Source of the DNA: Lama guanicoe
Lineage: Eukaryota
Assembly: GCA_013239625.1 (NCBI GenBank)
Contig: MU054391.1
Coordinates: 6,779,824 to 6,843,823 of the forward strand
Direction of reading: 5' to 3'
Length of the DNA stretch: 64,000 nt
The translations under genes and the position numbers were made by a program. Shown piece after piece: positions 1-13,621 of the stretch. Every line of letters begins with the position of its first letter. The first letter of the stretch is position 1. A model generated the notes under the pieces. The model searched no databases and was not told the origin of the DNA. It was given only the letters and a program-made list of their open reading frames with translations.

Positions 1-689
1 TTGTGAATACACAGGTGTTTGCTTTGCAATAAATCATTCTGCAGCTTGTTTATATACTTTTCTGTGTAGGTCACAAATAAAACCATTTAAGAACATTAAA
101 GCAAAACTCAAAGGAAAATTTATAAATTCAAAGGCATTTACGGGTATCTCTCCTTATCCTCTCATTATCCAATATTCAAACAGAGATATCTGTATTGGAA
201 AATAAGGACTGACAATAAAAGACAGATAAAGAAACTGGAAAAGAACAAAATAAACCCAAAGGAAACAGGAGTTGTGAATTTTTTATAACACAAAACAAAA
301 AGAAAGTTAAAAAAAGGTATATTTTGTAAATAAAACAAAAGACATGTTAAGACCAAAAAGTTTACAAATACTCTAACAGAAAAGTGAAAGAGAAGACAGA
401 TACAGTCACAGAAAGTATAACTGACTCAAGAAATAAATAAAAACTTGAATCAGTCAACAATCACATGAAAAATTAAAAGATTGGTAGACGATCTAGTTGG
501 GAAGGAAGGAAGGAGAGATTTAAGCACAAGAAGGGCACATTAATTTTAGGATAGCAGTTCTCTCTCAGAAGGAAGAGAAGGAGATAGAAAAGATTGGATA
601 GGAGAACAAAAATGTTTTAGTACTTCAAAATTAAAACACTAAAATTAAGTGTGGTAAAATATTAAAATTTACTAAATGTGTGTAAGACT

Positions 690-2835
690 GAAACCAAAGA
701 AAGTTTCCAGATGGCTTATTTGTTAGGCAAGCAAGAAAAGCCATTTACCAATGGTGAGTAATTAAATTGTTTGGTTTGCATCAGCTGAAAAAGTATGTCT
801 ACAGAAAATTTGGAAGCAATATTTTTAACAGTCAATTTTAAAGCAAGGCAAATGATTTCAAGTGGTTTTCCTTGACTCTTCAGACAGCAGATGTTATTAA
901 TATTATGCAGTAGTTAGGTTGTGGGAGGAGTCAGTGCCAAATTTGATGATGAATAAAGAATTAGCCTCTACAAACAGTCCACATAGATCAACTACAGACA
1001 AAAATATTTCAAAAGAAGTTAAGCAAACATTAATTCAGTACAATCTGAAGTACAATCTGCTGAAGTGTGTTTACAGCAGATTGTAGTAAAAATATATGTG
1101 GAACAGAAAAAGGTTTAGTTGGACAAATTTCCAAAGCTTGTGAAAATGTATGATGTTTAAAGTCTATGGTTAGTCTCTGAATATTGATCAATAGGTACAC
1201 TATGGAAAATATACCTGAAGTTAATGTGTTAATGAATAGTACTGATGGTGTTATCTGCTCTTGTGGACTTCACCATCACCATCAGTTCTGTGAACTTCTG
1301 TCAGAAAAAGAAGTGGAATATCTTGACTAACTCTACTACATAGTAGTTCAATAGCTTAGCAGTGGTAAAGTTTTACTGCAACTACTTGAGTTCAGAGCTG
1401 AGACTGAAATTTGTCTGATCAAGAAGAACCACCCTCAACCACTATGACAGAACACTGAATAGCTCTGGAAATTAGCTTTAGCTGCAGACATCATAATGTT
1501 TCTTAAACAACCTAAAATGACAAGGCAAAATAGCATTAAATGCAAAACTTACTCTATGACACAATCATCTTTATGATGACTAACATCAAGCTACTTTATA
1601 CACTTTTGTTCCCACACTATCAAAACCAAACTAAGTGAGATCTCCATTCCTACACAGATTTGCAGTGCATATACTTTCTGATCTCAAACCACAGTCCCAC
1701 AGTTCCAGCAGCATTTTTTGGACATAAATGTAAGCGCAAAGGAAATATCCATAAAAAAATCAATTTAAACTTTGCAACTGAGAAGCTTCTACCTAACCTT
1801 CAATTGGAACTGAATAACCAGCAATGTAATGACAGTGCTAAAAAGGCAAATATCAAGAGAAGAATTTACCAGAATTCTTCAAACACCTTCCAACTGATAA
1901 ATATGCTCAATCAAAATTACACACTCAAGGTCAACATCAATAGTCCCAAATGATACATTAGTATATACCCTTGATATGATGTGATGAAAATGGCACTTTA
2001 CCTCTGTAGTCTTTCTCTCAAAAACCTATAACCCTAGTCTAAATAATGAGAAAAACATCAGACATACTCCAATAGCAGAGGATTACATATCCTGTAACTG
2101 TCAAGTAATCCTCAAAGCTGTAAAGGTCATCAAAAAAGGAAAGTCTGAGAAACTGTCATAGAGGAGCCTAAGAAGCAATGGTAACTAAATGTAACATACT
2201 ATCTTTGATGGGATCCTGGAACAGAAAAAGAACATTAGGTAAAAACAAAAAAATCTGAATAAATCATGGACTTTAGTTAATAATATTGTATCACTACTGC
2301 TTCAATCCTTGTAACAGATGCACCTCACTAAAGTGAGACGTTAGTAATATGGGACACTGCACAGCAGGTATGTAGGAGCTCCCTACTCTCTGCTCAATTC
2401 TTCTGTAAATTTTTTAAACTGTTTTAAAAAATAAAGTCTACTGATAAAAAATAAATCATCTGCTGCTGGATATAGTATTTGGCAGTACTTAGATGGGTGA
2501 AAAGATATTTTCTGATAAGATAAATAAATATGTAAAATCTTATTACACATCAATATTAACAGAATATTGGCAATCAATTTTGATAGGAAACACTAATTGT
2601 GAACCCCAATTAAGCAAAATGTTATTGTCCCAGAAAATAAGTTCATTCTTCTTCCTAACAGACCTGCATTAAAAAAAAAAAACCTGTATTATCATATTTT
2701 GAATTTAATCAATAAAATTTTTGTAGGAATTTGTTATATAAGTACCTACATAATATGTTTGATTTCACCTCTTGGACCAAAAAGCCTAAAATATTTACTA
2801 TCTAACTCTTTACAGAAAAGGTCTGCCAATTTCTG
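690..2835 (+). mobile_element. hAT-Charlie DNA transposon fossil (Cheshire/MER58 family) with decayed transposase, interrupted by an L1
   Basis: Frameshifted hAT motifs (KPFT.GE near 740, WFSL near 865, ORF 1660..1953 LPNLQLE..NQQCND, FGST near 2480); ends in MER58-type terminus AAAGCCTAAAATATTTACTATCT...TTTACAGAAAAGGTCTGCCAATTTCTG. Confidence 0.75.
1925..2452 (+). mobile_element. L1MC-type LINE-1 3' end nested in the hAT fossil
   Basis: CCTTGATATGATGTGATGAAAATGGCACTTTACCTCTG... ending in AATAAAGTCTACT plus A-rich tail; transposase homology resumes afterwards. Confidence 0.75.
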
Positions 2836-3163
2836 GTGTGCTTGAAAGAAGATTGGTTATGGTTGGTAACTGTAGAAGCTGAGTGAACAATACATGGGAA
2901 TTCTAACATTCTTTCTACTGTGAGATTTATCATAATAAATTTTAAAAACTAAAAAGTATATCATTAAATATATTGAAATTTTTCTTGAAAGATTTGCAAG
3001 CAAGTTCAAAGAAGCCTCATGGAACGAATAGTTTCTATTTTATATAAACTGTACCAAGGCTCAGAAAAAAAGGTGGTGTGCTTTTCAACCATGTACGTTA
3101 GAGTGGTCTCACCATGAGATGAAAACCAACCAGAAGAGTCCATGTTAAAAAAAATTAAGTTTC

Positions 3164-3239
3164 GGGGAGCGGAAAGCTCAGTGGTAGAGCACATGCTTAG
3201 TATGCATGAGGTCCTGGGTTTAATCCTCAGTACCTCCAC

Positions 3240-3240
<1 letters not shown>
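3164..3240 (+). mobile_element. tRNA-Ala-derived SINE (Vic-1-like)
   Basis: GGGGAGCGGAAAGCTCAGTGGTAGAGCACATGCTTAGTATGCATGAGGTCCTGGGTTTAATCCTCAGTACCTCCA; similar copies at 54275 and 56090. Confidence 0.8.

Positions 3241-3286
<46 letters not shown>
3241..3286 (+). repeat. (AGAT)11 tetranucleotide microsatellite forming the SINE tail
   Basis: Perfect repeat read directly. Confidence 0.97.
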
Positions 3287-3399
3287 TCAGTCAAATGTCA
3301 TTTATGCAAATAGATGGATAATTAATTAAAATATAAGGAAATCAAATTTGGTATTCTATTGAAAATATCACAGAAATAGCATTTACTTTAGATTTTACA

Positions 3400-4880
3400 A
3401 TACCTTGCAATTTATTTTTTTAGTGTACTATAGTAACAGATTAAACAAGAAAACCACCTTAAAAGATGCTGAAGGAAACATTTCCAATACTTTAAGATCA
3501 TTCCTGATTAAAAAAGTATTTGGTAAGCTAAGAATAGATGGGCAGGGAAAATTCTTTACTGTCTTAACCAGAAAGCTTCAGCAAACATCACATTTAATAG
3601 TTAAATATTAGAGCTCCACCCAATGAAGTTTAACACAATAATGAAAAAGATAAGCAAAATAACAAAAATCTTCTACTATTCAATGTTATACTGAAAGACT
3701 AAGCCTATGCTATTTTTTTATATTTTGCAATATCTACATATTTTAAAAACTGTTATGCCTAAGTTTCTTCTCATCCTATTTTGGAAGAAAAACTAATGTG
3801 GCTTTTTCTGAAGAACAGGCTTTATACAATACTGTTACGGAAAGACCTAAGATTCCGAAATAATCAAAACAACCCTACCAATTAAAGCAATGCAAGTCAA
3901 AATTTCAACTGTATTTTTTAAAAGAATGAAAGGCTAATTTCAATCACATAGAGAAAAATTTTAAGAGTTGCCACAAAAAAAATTAAAGGAGACCATTTAG
4001 AGGAGACTTGTCCAACCAGATACCAAAATAAATGAAAAACTACAGAAATTTAAACAATGATTTTAGTGCAGAAACCAATAACAAATCAAAGTAACGGGAC
4101 ACAGTGAAAAGAGAAATTCATGTGTATATGGTAATTTAGTCTATGATATGCAGTACTCTTCATTTACTTCATGGGGTAAAAATGGGTTTTTCTACAAATG
4201 GCATTGGGGAAACTGGCTACCCATCTGCGAAAAACAAATCCTACTTCATTAAAAAAAAAAAATCCTAGTGACTTAGAAATAAAACTCCACTCCCAAAATA
4301 AAAACATAAAAAAGTTAAAATATAATCATTTTCTTAAATAATCTTAGGGATAGGGAAGGTGTCCCCCAACAAAAATTAAGATACAAAATCTATAGATTTG
4401 ACTACATCCAAATTTAAAAATTCAATAAACGACAGACAAGTAATAGTCCAAGAGAATATACTTCTAACATATATAACAAAGGATCAATATCCAGGATGTA
4501 TTAGCATTCTAACAAGCCAATTTTTATAAAAGCAAAACAACATATTAGAAAATGGAATAAGCAATGGACAAGGAATACAAATTATTAATAAGCATGCAAA
4601 ATATTATGAACTTCATAATTAAAAAATGTAACATAATAACATTTTATTTCTCAAGGATGCAACTAATAAAAATTAAAAATTTTTATTTTAAAATTGCAGT
4701 ATTTGCTGAAAATAAGACATCTATTTGACAATTAGCATAACATGAACTTGTAAAAACCTTTTTTACAAAGCAATTTGGCACTATCATTCAAAATGTCCAA
4801 TGTGCATACCATATGACCCAACAATTTCAGTACTAGGAATCAATTCTAAAGAAATATTCACACATGCACAAAAGATGGAC
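3400..4880 (+). mobile_element. Old, highly diverged L1 (L1M/L1ME) ORF2 remnants
   Basis: Recognisable L1 ORF2 pieces, e.g. CAAATGGCATTGGGGAAACTGGCTACCCATCTG and ATACCATATGACCCAACAATTTCAGTACTAGGAAT. Confidence 0.65.
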
Positions 4881-4889
4881 CTACAAGTC

Positions 4890-5650
4890 AGTTAACTCCA
4901 CGTGAAGGACAGAAAATGTACAAGACAGGTCTGGAAAACTGTCATGTATGAGAGAGCAAGCTAGCTATCAAAGACTATGTCAAAAGGACTCAGAGCCAAC
5001 CTAAACATGATCACTTGCCAAAGGTGTCACAATTTGAGCATCAGTAAGATGTTCAGAGGGCTGAAACACATCAAATAGGTTTTAAGTCCATGAGTTCAAA
5101 CTGATACTTCTCCCAAACTGGTCACCTTTGGAGGATAAAAGGTAACTAATCCCTTATTTTGAAAACTGGTAAATACAAGGAACGAATAAAGCTGTCCTTC
5201 CTCTGTGACCTGTACTACTCTGTACAACCAATTAGTAAATGGGGGAATATTTCTCCTTATAGAAGTATTCCAGTCACTATAATCAAGAAGAAATAATTGA
5301 ACTGGAATGTCACCACTTTGCAATCCTTAAAAAATGAATGATTTAGACATTGAGCACAAATAGCTAGTAAAATAAAAGAATAACAGCCAGACATGAGCCT
5401 CCTAATAGAACAAAACATTATCCATGAAGTTGTCCTGCCATCCCTCCATCATCACGTCCGATTCTGATAGAGCCTCTATATTCAATCACCAACTTAGAAA
5501 AATATAAATGAGAGCAGAACATGTTAAAACTACACTACTGGGATGAAATCAACCAAAAAAACAGATTTCTCAAATAAACTAATGGGACAAAAGAAAAAAA
5601 AAAAAACAGAAGATGGAGACTCTAGATTGAGAGGCTTAAAAGAAATTATC
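4890..5650 (+). mobile_element. L1MC/L1MD-type 3' UTR fragment
   Basis: CAAAAGGACTCAGAGCCAACCT...ACAATTTGAGCATCAGTAAG; similar to the block at 33350-33600. Confidence 0.55.
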
Positions 5651-6036
5651 TAAATTCAAATATTATAAAAGCTAAAAGTAAACTAAAAGTATTTAAGAAT
5701 ATACTTAATGGATGTATGAAACTATACAGAAAGCAGGGAAGTGTTTACCATAAAAGGACACTATAAACAGGCAAAGTACACAGCAAACTTGATATATAGA
5801 CGGCTTATAAAAGCAAACCTGCCATCAGTTAAAAAAGTTTTTAAAATGTGCCAATATTCATCTATTGAATTCAAATCACACTAAGACTATATTTCTAAAA
5901 ATACAGATGGGTCAAAGATTTATACTACACCATAATTTATATAAGAAAAGTGAAATAATTATTTTCAACAACAGTATAGTAACAAATTACAGGGGCTGTC
6001 ATACAATTAAATATTAAACAGCCATTAAAAAATAAG

Positions 6037-6104
6037 GACTGATTGTGCTGTACACCAGAAATTGATACAGCATTGTAAACTGACTACAACTCAATAAGAA
6101 AATA
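6037..6104 (+). mobile_element. Very short 5'-truncated lineage-specific L1 3' end
   Basis: TGTGCTGTACACCAGAAATTGATACAGCATTGTAAACTGACTAC...AATAA; flanked by AAAAAATAAG at 6027-6036 and 6105-6114. Confidence 0.65.
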
Positions 6105-6159
6105 AAAAAATAAGAATTGAGATTTGAAATACTGTTTGAAATAATCTTCTAAAATTGAT

Positions 6160-6670
6160 TATAGGCATCTCCTGTGACCTATTAATGTCACTACAAGAGA
6201 GATCCCTAGCAGAAATGTGTGAACATATGTGCCAAAATCCATATGAAAGAAAATTGACAGCAACATTATTTACTACAGTCAAAAAGCAGAAACAACCCAA
6301 GTGTCCATTAAGTGATAAATACATTAAATGTAGTATGTCCATACAATAGATTATTCAGCCATAAGGAATGAAGTATTGATACATGCTATAACACAAAGTA
6401 ATGTTGAAAACATTATGCTAAGTAAAAGAAGATGTCACAAAAGACCACGTATTGTATGATCTCATTTTAATGAAACGTCCAGAATAGGGAAATTCACAGA
6501 TACAGAAAGCAGATTAGTGGTTGCCGCTGGGCAGGAAGGATTAGGGAATAACTGCTAATTGGTTCAGGGGCTCTTTTTGTGATAAAAATGTTCTGTAATT
6601 AGGAAGTAGTGATGACAGTACAATTCTATAAATATGCCAAAAATCACTGAATAATAAAATAAATAAATAG
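6160..6670 (+). mobile_element. L1MB-type ORF2 end and 3' UTR
   Basis: ORF 6155..6349 resembles the ORF2 C-terminus (TATLFTTVKKQKQPKCP); AACATTATGCTAAGTAAAAGAAG; AGATTAGTGGTTGCC. Confidence 0.75.
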
Positions 6671-7800
6671 AAATAAGTCAGTTATTTTGACAAGTTTTCC
6701 CCAAAAGTTACACATTTCATACATAAATACAGTGGTGAATCGAATTTTCTTTACCAGAGATAAACAAATGAAAATCGGGATTATAGTCTGTTACTTTTTC
6801 AAGTATACAATGTGTCACTGTTGATTTGCTTCCATAAACCCATTAACTCTATCTAAATAAACATTTTATAAAGGTCCACTCTGCAGAATTAAAGATTAAA
6901 AACACCAATTTACAAAATGATAAACTAGAATTGGCAATTAATCTGTTACTACAAAAGCAATTTAAAGCTAAAAGTGGACTAATAATTTAATTAATTACCA
7001 TCATTTCTTAATCAGGTAAATTATCATGATACATAATTTGCTACAAAAACTTTAACGTTAGCTGCACATATCAGAATTTCTACTCACTGGCTACATTTAA
7101 AAAATAAGGTAAGGAGGAGGAGGATGGTTAATGCTCAACATCATAAAAAAAGCAACATAGTCATCAATGTGGTACATCTTTTACCTACAAATCACCTTCT
7201 TCAAACATGGTAACAAACTCCTGGATCACTGAAGCATTCTGAACATGCTTTCATATATATCCAGTCTTACTCATGACACTTGATCAAAAATGTTTGCAGA
7301 ATTAGCTAACGGTACAAAAAAACTTTCGAGATGCAAAGCTAGTGAGGGATAGAATTGAAAAGGAGGCAAAACAGAACCATAAATTCCTAACTTCACAGTC
7401 AAATAAGAGATTGTTTATTTGTCTGTCTGTTTAATTATTTGAATTAGGAATCTCAATACTGTCCTATTACATCATAGGTAATAATATATAAAGGACTACA
7501 GGAGAATTTTCAAAATTTTTAATGTAGTTTTAAAGGTTTTTTTCCCCTTTTCAAGATAGGCTTATTATTGCTCCTATTATATAAATCACAAGAGTAAACA
7601 GGAAACAATGGCATACTGGTAATCTAATTCTTTATAAAAGAATTAAAAAAGAGAAAGCTGCTAGTAATTCTTGCTACTATACACCAATTTTTATGACATC
7701 ATATTTTGGAACATTAAATAAGTGTAATAAATCAGATCTTACTAAAAATAACTGCATTGTCATTTTGCAAATGAGACAGGATTTTTAGCATGTAAAATCA

Positions 7801-8028
<228 letters not shown>

Positions 8029-8659
8029 TTAATTTTATGAGAAAAAGATGAACAGATTACACTATAATGCTATTCTTAAAGACTTTAGTTACAAAACAAA
8101 AATGATCCTTAGCTAACTAAGAAAAAGTAAAAACATTTTTAATGAAAGAAACAGAGAACATTCCCAATAGCCTAAACATTTCATGAAATAAACACCACCT
8201 TTAAATGCTAGATTCAATACACAGCTACCTCATTTCGTCTAAATAAAATTAAATTCATGAAGCTTCATTCCCTCGTGTAATTAAGCTAGCCAATTTTAAG
8301 AATGTCATTAAGTGAGAAAATTGTAAGGTATGTACTTGTATCCCTCACAATCTGAACATAAGAACCTAATAAATTTACGTATCAAGGGATATTTGTGATT
8401 TTGTTAAGTCATCCTTATTTCTTTTTAGGTAATCTATTTAAAAGGTTTTTTTTTAAGGGGAAAAACTACCAATAATATGATTATTTGATCAATTCTTAAT
8501 GTTCTTCGTTAGATTGTTAATTCCGTAAGGGCAAGGACAGTGTCTGTTTTTGACCATCATTTAATCCTAGAATACAGAATAGCAAACTCTACCATAGAGC
8601 CAATAAATATCTAATGAATGATTATAATCGTTAATATCTACTGGTAATAAATAACATTT

Positions 8660-8900
8660 ATAATTAGGTATCTAATAGGATGTCCAAAACTAAACTCTAG
8701 ATCTTCCCCCTAAATTTATTCCTCCTGTAATCGTCTCCATTTCAGTAAATGGCATCTTCATTCTTCCAACTGCTCTGGCTAAAAACCTCTGGCTCCTCTT
8801 TTTTTCATACAGCTCATAAAACTAATCAGCAAATCACATCAGTCCTACTGACAGTTTCAGAATCCAGCCATTTCCAACTACCACCACTAAACTACCCTGT
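8660..8900 (+). mobile_element. L2 fragment (left part, split by Tigger1)
   Basis: ATGTCCAAAACTAAACTCTAGATCTTCCCC...TTCAGTAAATGGCATCTTCATTCTTCCAACTGCTC. Confidence 0.6.
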
Positions 8901-8916
8901 AAAAAAACATTTTTTA

Positions 8917-10517
8917 CAGGCATAACTTGTTTCATTGTGCTTAGATTTATTGCAATTTGCAGAAACGACATTTTTACAAATTGAAGGTTTGTGGTGACAC
9001 TTTGTCAAGCAAGTCTATTGGTGCCATTTTTCCAGCAGCATTTGCTTATTTCATGTTTTGTGTCACATTTTGGTAATTCTTGCAAATTTCACACTTTATT
9101 TATTAGTATTAGTATTTATGCTACAGTGATCTATAATCAGTAATTGTTTTCAGGCACCACAAACCATGCCCATATAAGACAACAAACTCAATCAATAAAT
9201 GCTGTGTGTGTTCCAGCTATTCCACTGACCAGCTGTCCCCTGTCTCCCCCACTTCGGGCCTCTCTATTCCCTGAGACACAACAATATCAAAATTAGGCCA
9301 ATTAATAACCCTACAATGGCCTGTAAGTGTTCAGGTGAAAGGAAGAGTTGCACATCTCTCAGTTTAAAGCAAAAGCTAGAAATGATTAAGCTTAGTGAGA
9401 AAGGCATGATAAAAGCCAAGAAAGGCCAAAAGTGAGTCCTCTTGAGCCAACAGCCAAGTTGTGAATTCAAAGAAAAGTTTTCACTCCAGTGAACATACAA
9501 ATGATAAGAAAGTAAAACCACCTTACTGCTAATATGGAGAAAGTTTTAGTGGTCTGAATAGGTCAAAACAGTCACTAAGTTCCCACAAGCCACAGGCTAA
9601 TCCAGAGCAAGGCTCTAACTCTTTTCAATTCTATGAAGGCTGAGAAAGGTGAGGAAGCTGCAGGAGTCTGAAGCTAGGAGAAAAAAGCTGGTCCCTCATG
9701 AACTTTCTCCATAACATGAAAGAGCAGGTGAAGCAGCAAGTGCTGATGTAGGCGCTTACACTGAATAACAGATCTTCAATGTAGATGAAATAGCCTTATA
9801 TTGGAAGAAGATGCCATCTAGGACTTTCATAGTTAGAAAGGAGAAGTCAATAACCTGGTTTCAAAGCTCCAAAGTACAGGCTGACTCTCATGTTAGGGGC
9901 TAACACAGTTGGTGATTTTAAGTTGAAGTCAGTGCTCCTTTACCATTCCAAAAATCCTAGGGCCCTTAAGAATTATGCTAAACTGTTCATCTGTGCTCTA
10001 TAAATGGAACAACAAAGCCTAGATAATAGCACATCTGTTGACAACATGGTTTACTAAATATTTTAAGCCCACTGTTGAGATCTATGCTCAGAAAAAAAAA
10101 AAAAAGATTCCTTTCAAATTACTGCTCATTGACAATGCACCTGGTCACCCAAGAGCTCTGATGGAGATGTATGATGATATCAATGTTGTTTCATGCCTGC
10201 TAACACAACATTCATTCTGCAGCCCATGGATCAAAGAGTCATTTCAACTTTCAAGTCTTAAATAATAAGAAATACATTTTGTAAGGCTGTAGCTCCATAG
10301 ATAGTAATTCTTCTGATGGATCTGGAAAAAGTCAACTAAAAATCTTCTGGAAAGGATTCACCATTCTAGATGCCATGAAGAACATTCATGATCCATGGGT
10401 AGGGGTCGATATATCAACATTAACAGGAGTTTGGAAAAAGTTAATTTCAATTCTCACAGATGACTCTGAGGGGTTCAAGCTTTCAGTGAAGGGAAGTAAC
10501 TGCAAATGTAGTAGAAG
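8917..10517 (+). mobile_element. Tigger1 (TcMar-Tigger) DNA transposon, internally deleted and 3'-truncated, with transposase pseudogene
   Basis: Starts TA|CAGGCATAACTTG (Tigger1 5' terminus); ORFs 10038..10265 ([14 protein letters not shown] motif) and 10375.. (LTGVWKKLI) are transposase remnants. Confidence 0.9.
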
Positions 10518-10549
10518 GAGTCTCATTGTTCTCTACCCTAGAACTCAAT

Positions 10550-10740
10550 TTGTTTTCTTCCTAGAAGATACCATAACTTGTAATTTTTGTTTCCTTGTAT
10601 TGTCTGTCTGCCATATTAGAACGTAAGCTCAACAACGGCAGAGATTTCCCATGCCTGTTTTATTCTCGATTATACCCTCAGTGCCAGGTAAAATGCCAGC
10701 ACTGGTCATTAAAACACTCACTAAATATTTGATAAATGAA
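10550..10740 (+). mobile_element. L2a 3' end
   Basis: ATTAGAACGTAAGCTC...GGCAGAGATTT...CACTAAATATTTGATAAATGAA. Confidence 0.7.
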
Positions 10741-11069
10741 TTATTGTCTGAGAAAAAAGTTTTATTTGATAACTGGCCACACTATGAATTTTCAGTTTTA
10801 AGAAAAATTCAACAAGTAATATTTCTAGTCATTGTCACCAATGACTGTTCATATTTAGAATCAATATTTATACTGATGAAAATAAGGTAAACCAAAGGAA
10901 TGTTTCTGTCTTCCCCAGGGAAGGTACTTCTTTCGTAGAGAAAGTTTTCTTCCCGCTAACAAAACCCAGGCAAGAAATTTTATTGGTTGAATGGGCTTGA
11001 AAACATCACTAACAGAAAATAAAGTCAAGTCCTAACATGAAAATAAGTAATACAAATATTTACCACTCA

Positions 11070-12500
11070 GAATCATGCACTTCTGGCTATGACAGAATAA
11101 CTGGTACCAGTTAGCCCTCTCACTGTAAACAATCGTCAAAATGGCAAAATATATGAAGCAATTATTTTCAAGTTTTGTAAAATAGGTAGCAAAAAACTAT
11201 AATCCCTGAAAGAAGAGAAACTCATCAAGTCAATCTCATAATTGCCCAGACATTCTGAAGGCAATATCCCAAATAGTATACAACAAGCGATCATCTAAGC
11301 TAAGCACAGTGGTCCTGATGAGTTGAGGAGGCGGCTGGATTATGCTGGGCAGGAAACAGGAAAGTAAGGAGCTATGCAAAGGGAGGCTCCTAAAAGTCCA
11401 TATGAGTCCTTGGCTAAGGGCCAGACCAGCAAAGGAGAAAATACGAAAGGTATACCAAAGAGCAACTGCTATGAGGTTGATAATAAAACAGAGATACTAG
11501 ATATTAAACATCATTTCAGGGATATTCAATTTCCAATCAAGAAAAGAGTGGAGAAATCTTGATAATTTCCTGAGTATCCAGGTGTAACATCTTAGGAGAA
11601 AGAACCATGCTCTAAAGCAAGGCCTACTCTAGCACTACGTAGCGAAGCCTATGAATACCAAACCCTAAAAGATCAAAAGGGGAACAGAATTTGGAGGTGC
11701 AGTTCTGACAGTTAAAAGGACTTGGGAAACAATTTGGTGTTTAAACACATTTTCATTTACAAAGTATAAAACTAAGGCTCCACAAGTTAAGGGTGATCAG
11801 CAAGTAACTGGACAGCTAGAATGAAAAGCAACACTTGTCAAAGGAAAATAATAACATCCAGAATCTCTACCACATATCCACAAAGACCAGTATATAATTT
11901 AAAAATTACTCGATAGGTAGAAAGGAAAATGTGACTCATCATCAAGAAAAAAGCAGTCAATAGAAAACAACCACAAACGATGTTGGATTTCACTAACAAA
12001 TACTTTAAAATATCTTTTATAAATATGAGAAAAACCTAAAAGAGAGTATGTTAAAGAAAAAAAAAAAGAAATGGAAAGAAGGAAATATCAGCAGAGAAAT
12101 GGAAACTATAAAAAAAAAGAACTAATTGGAAACTCTACAACTGAAAAAATAACTAAAATGGAAAATTCTTTAGAATGGCTTATCAGAGAATGGAGATAGA
12201 AGGCAAACCTGAACACAAATCAATCTGAAGAGTAAAGAGAAAAATGAATAAATGAAAATGAACAGAGACTTAAGGACCAATAAGACAATTTTAAACAGTC
12301 TAAAATATGTGTAAATATAAATGAACTTAACATGCAATTCATAGGCAGAGATTATCAGAATTAAAAAGCAAAACCTAACCTCATACTTTTCAAATATAAG
12401 ACCAAATATTGTAAAAAATTAAAAGACAGAAAAAGACATACCAGACAAAGAGCAAGGATAAAAAAGTTAACAGAGCAATATTAATAATAGACAAAGTAGA
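11070..12500 (+). mobile_element. Old L1 5' UTR, ORF1 and start of ORF2 remnant (continues about 13622-13860)
   Basis: ACTTCTGGCTATGACAGAATAACTGGTACCAG start; A-rich ORF1-like segment; endonuclease-region AILI.DKVDFK split by a younger L1. Confidence 0.6.
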
Positions 12501-13621
12501 ACCTAATTAAACTTACAAGCTTCTGCACAGCAAAGGAAACTATAAACAAAACAGACAACCTATGGAACGGGAGAACGTATTTGCAAATGATGCGACTTTG
12601 TTGACAAAGGCTTAATTTCCAGAATATTCAAATAGCTCATACAACGCAATAACAAAAAACTAACAACCTAATCCCAAAATAGGCAGAAAACCTAAACAAG
12701 CGTTTCTCCAGTGAGGACATACAAATGGCCAATAGACACATGAAAAATGCTCAATATCTCTAATTATCAGAGAAACACAAATCAAAACCACTACGAGATA
12801 TCAGCTTACACCAGTCAGAGTGGCCATCATTAAAAGTCTACAAACAATAAATGCTAGAGAGGGTGTGAAGAAAAGGGGACCCTCCTACACTATTAGTGGG
12901 AAAGTAGTCTGGTGCAGCCATTATGGAATAGTATGGAGTATCTCTTTAAAAACTAAAAACAGATGCATCAAATAATCCAGCAACTCCACTCCCGGGCATA
13001 TATCCAGAGAAAACTCTAATTTGAAAAGATACATGCACCCCAATGTTCATAGTAACACTATTTACAATAGCCAACACATGGAAGCAACATAAATGTCCAT
13101 CAACCGATGACTGGATAAAGAAGTTGCAATATATATATACAATGGAGTATTACTCAGCCATAAAGAAAGAATGAAATAATGCCTTTTGCAGCAACATGGA
13201 TGGACATGGAGATTGTCATACTAAGTGAAGTAAGCCAGAAAGAGAAAGAAAAATACCATATGATATCATTCTTATGTGGAATCTTAAGAAAATGACACAA
13301 ATGAACTTATTACAAAACAGAAACAGACTCACAGACACAGAAAACAAACTTACGGTTACCAAAGGGGAAAGGGGGCTGGGGGTGGAGGGATAAACTGGGA
13401 GTTCAGGATTTGCAGATACTAACTACTATATATAAAATAGATAAACAACAAGATCCTATTGTTTAGCACAGGGAACTATATTCAATATCCTGTAATAACC
13501 TATAATGAAAAAGAATATGAAAAGGAATATATATATATATACATATAACTGAAACTATGCCATACACCAGAAATTAACACAATATTATAAATTGACTATA
13601 CTTTAATAAAAAAATCAAAAG
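12501..13621 (+). mobile_element. Younger 5'-truncated L1 (ORF2 C-terminus, 3' UTR, A tail) with 15-bp TSD
   Basis: LIKLTSFCTAKETINK and WMDMEIVILSEVSQKEKEKYHMISFLCGI; exact TSD AATAGACAAAGTAGA at 12486-12500 and 13622-13636. Confidence 0.9.

Noticed and set aside
9264..10626. Domesticated Tigger (TIGD-like) gene
   Set aside because: Multiple frameshifts, stops, an internal deletion and truncation
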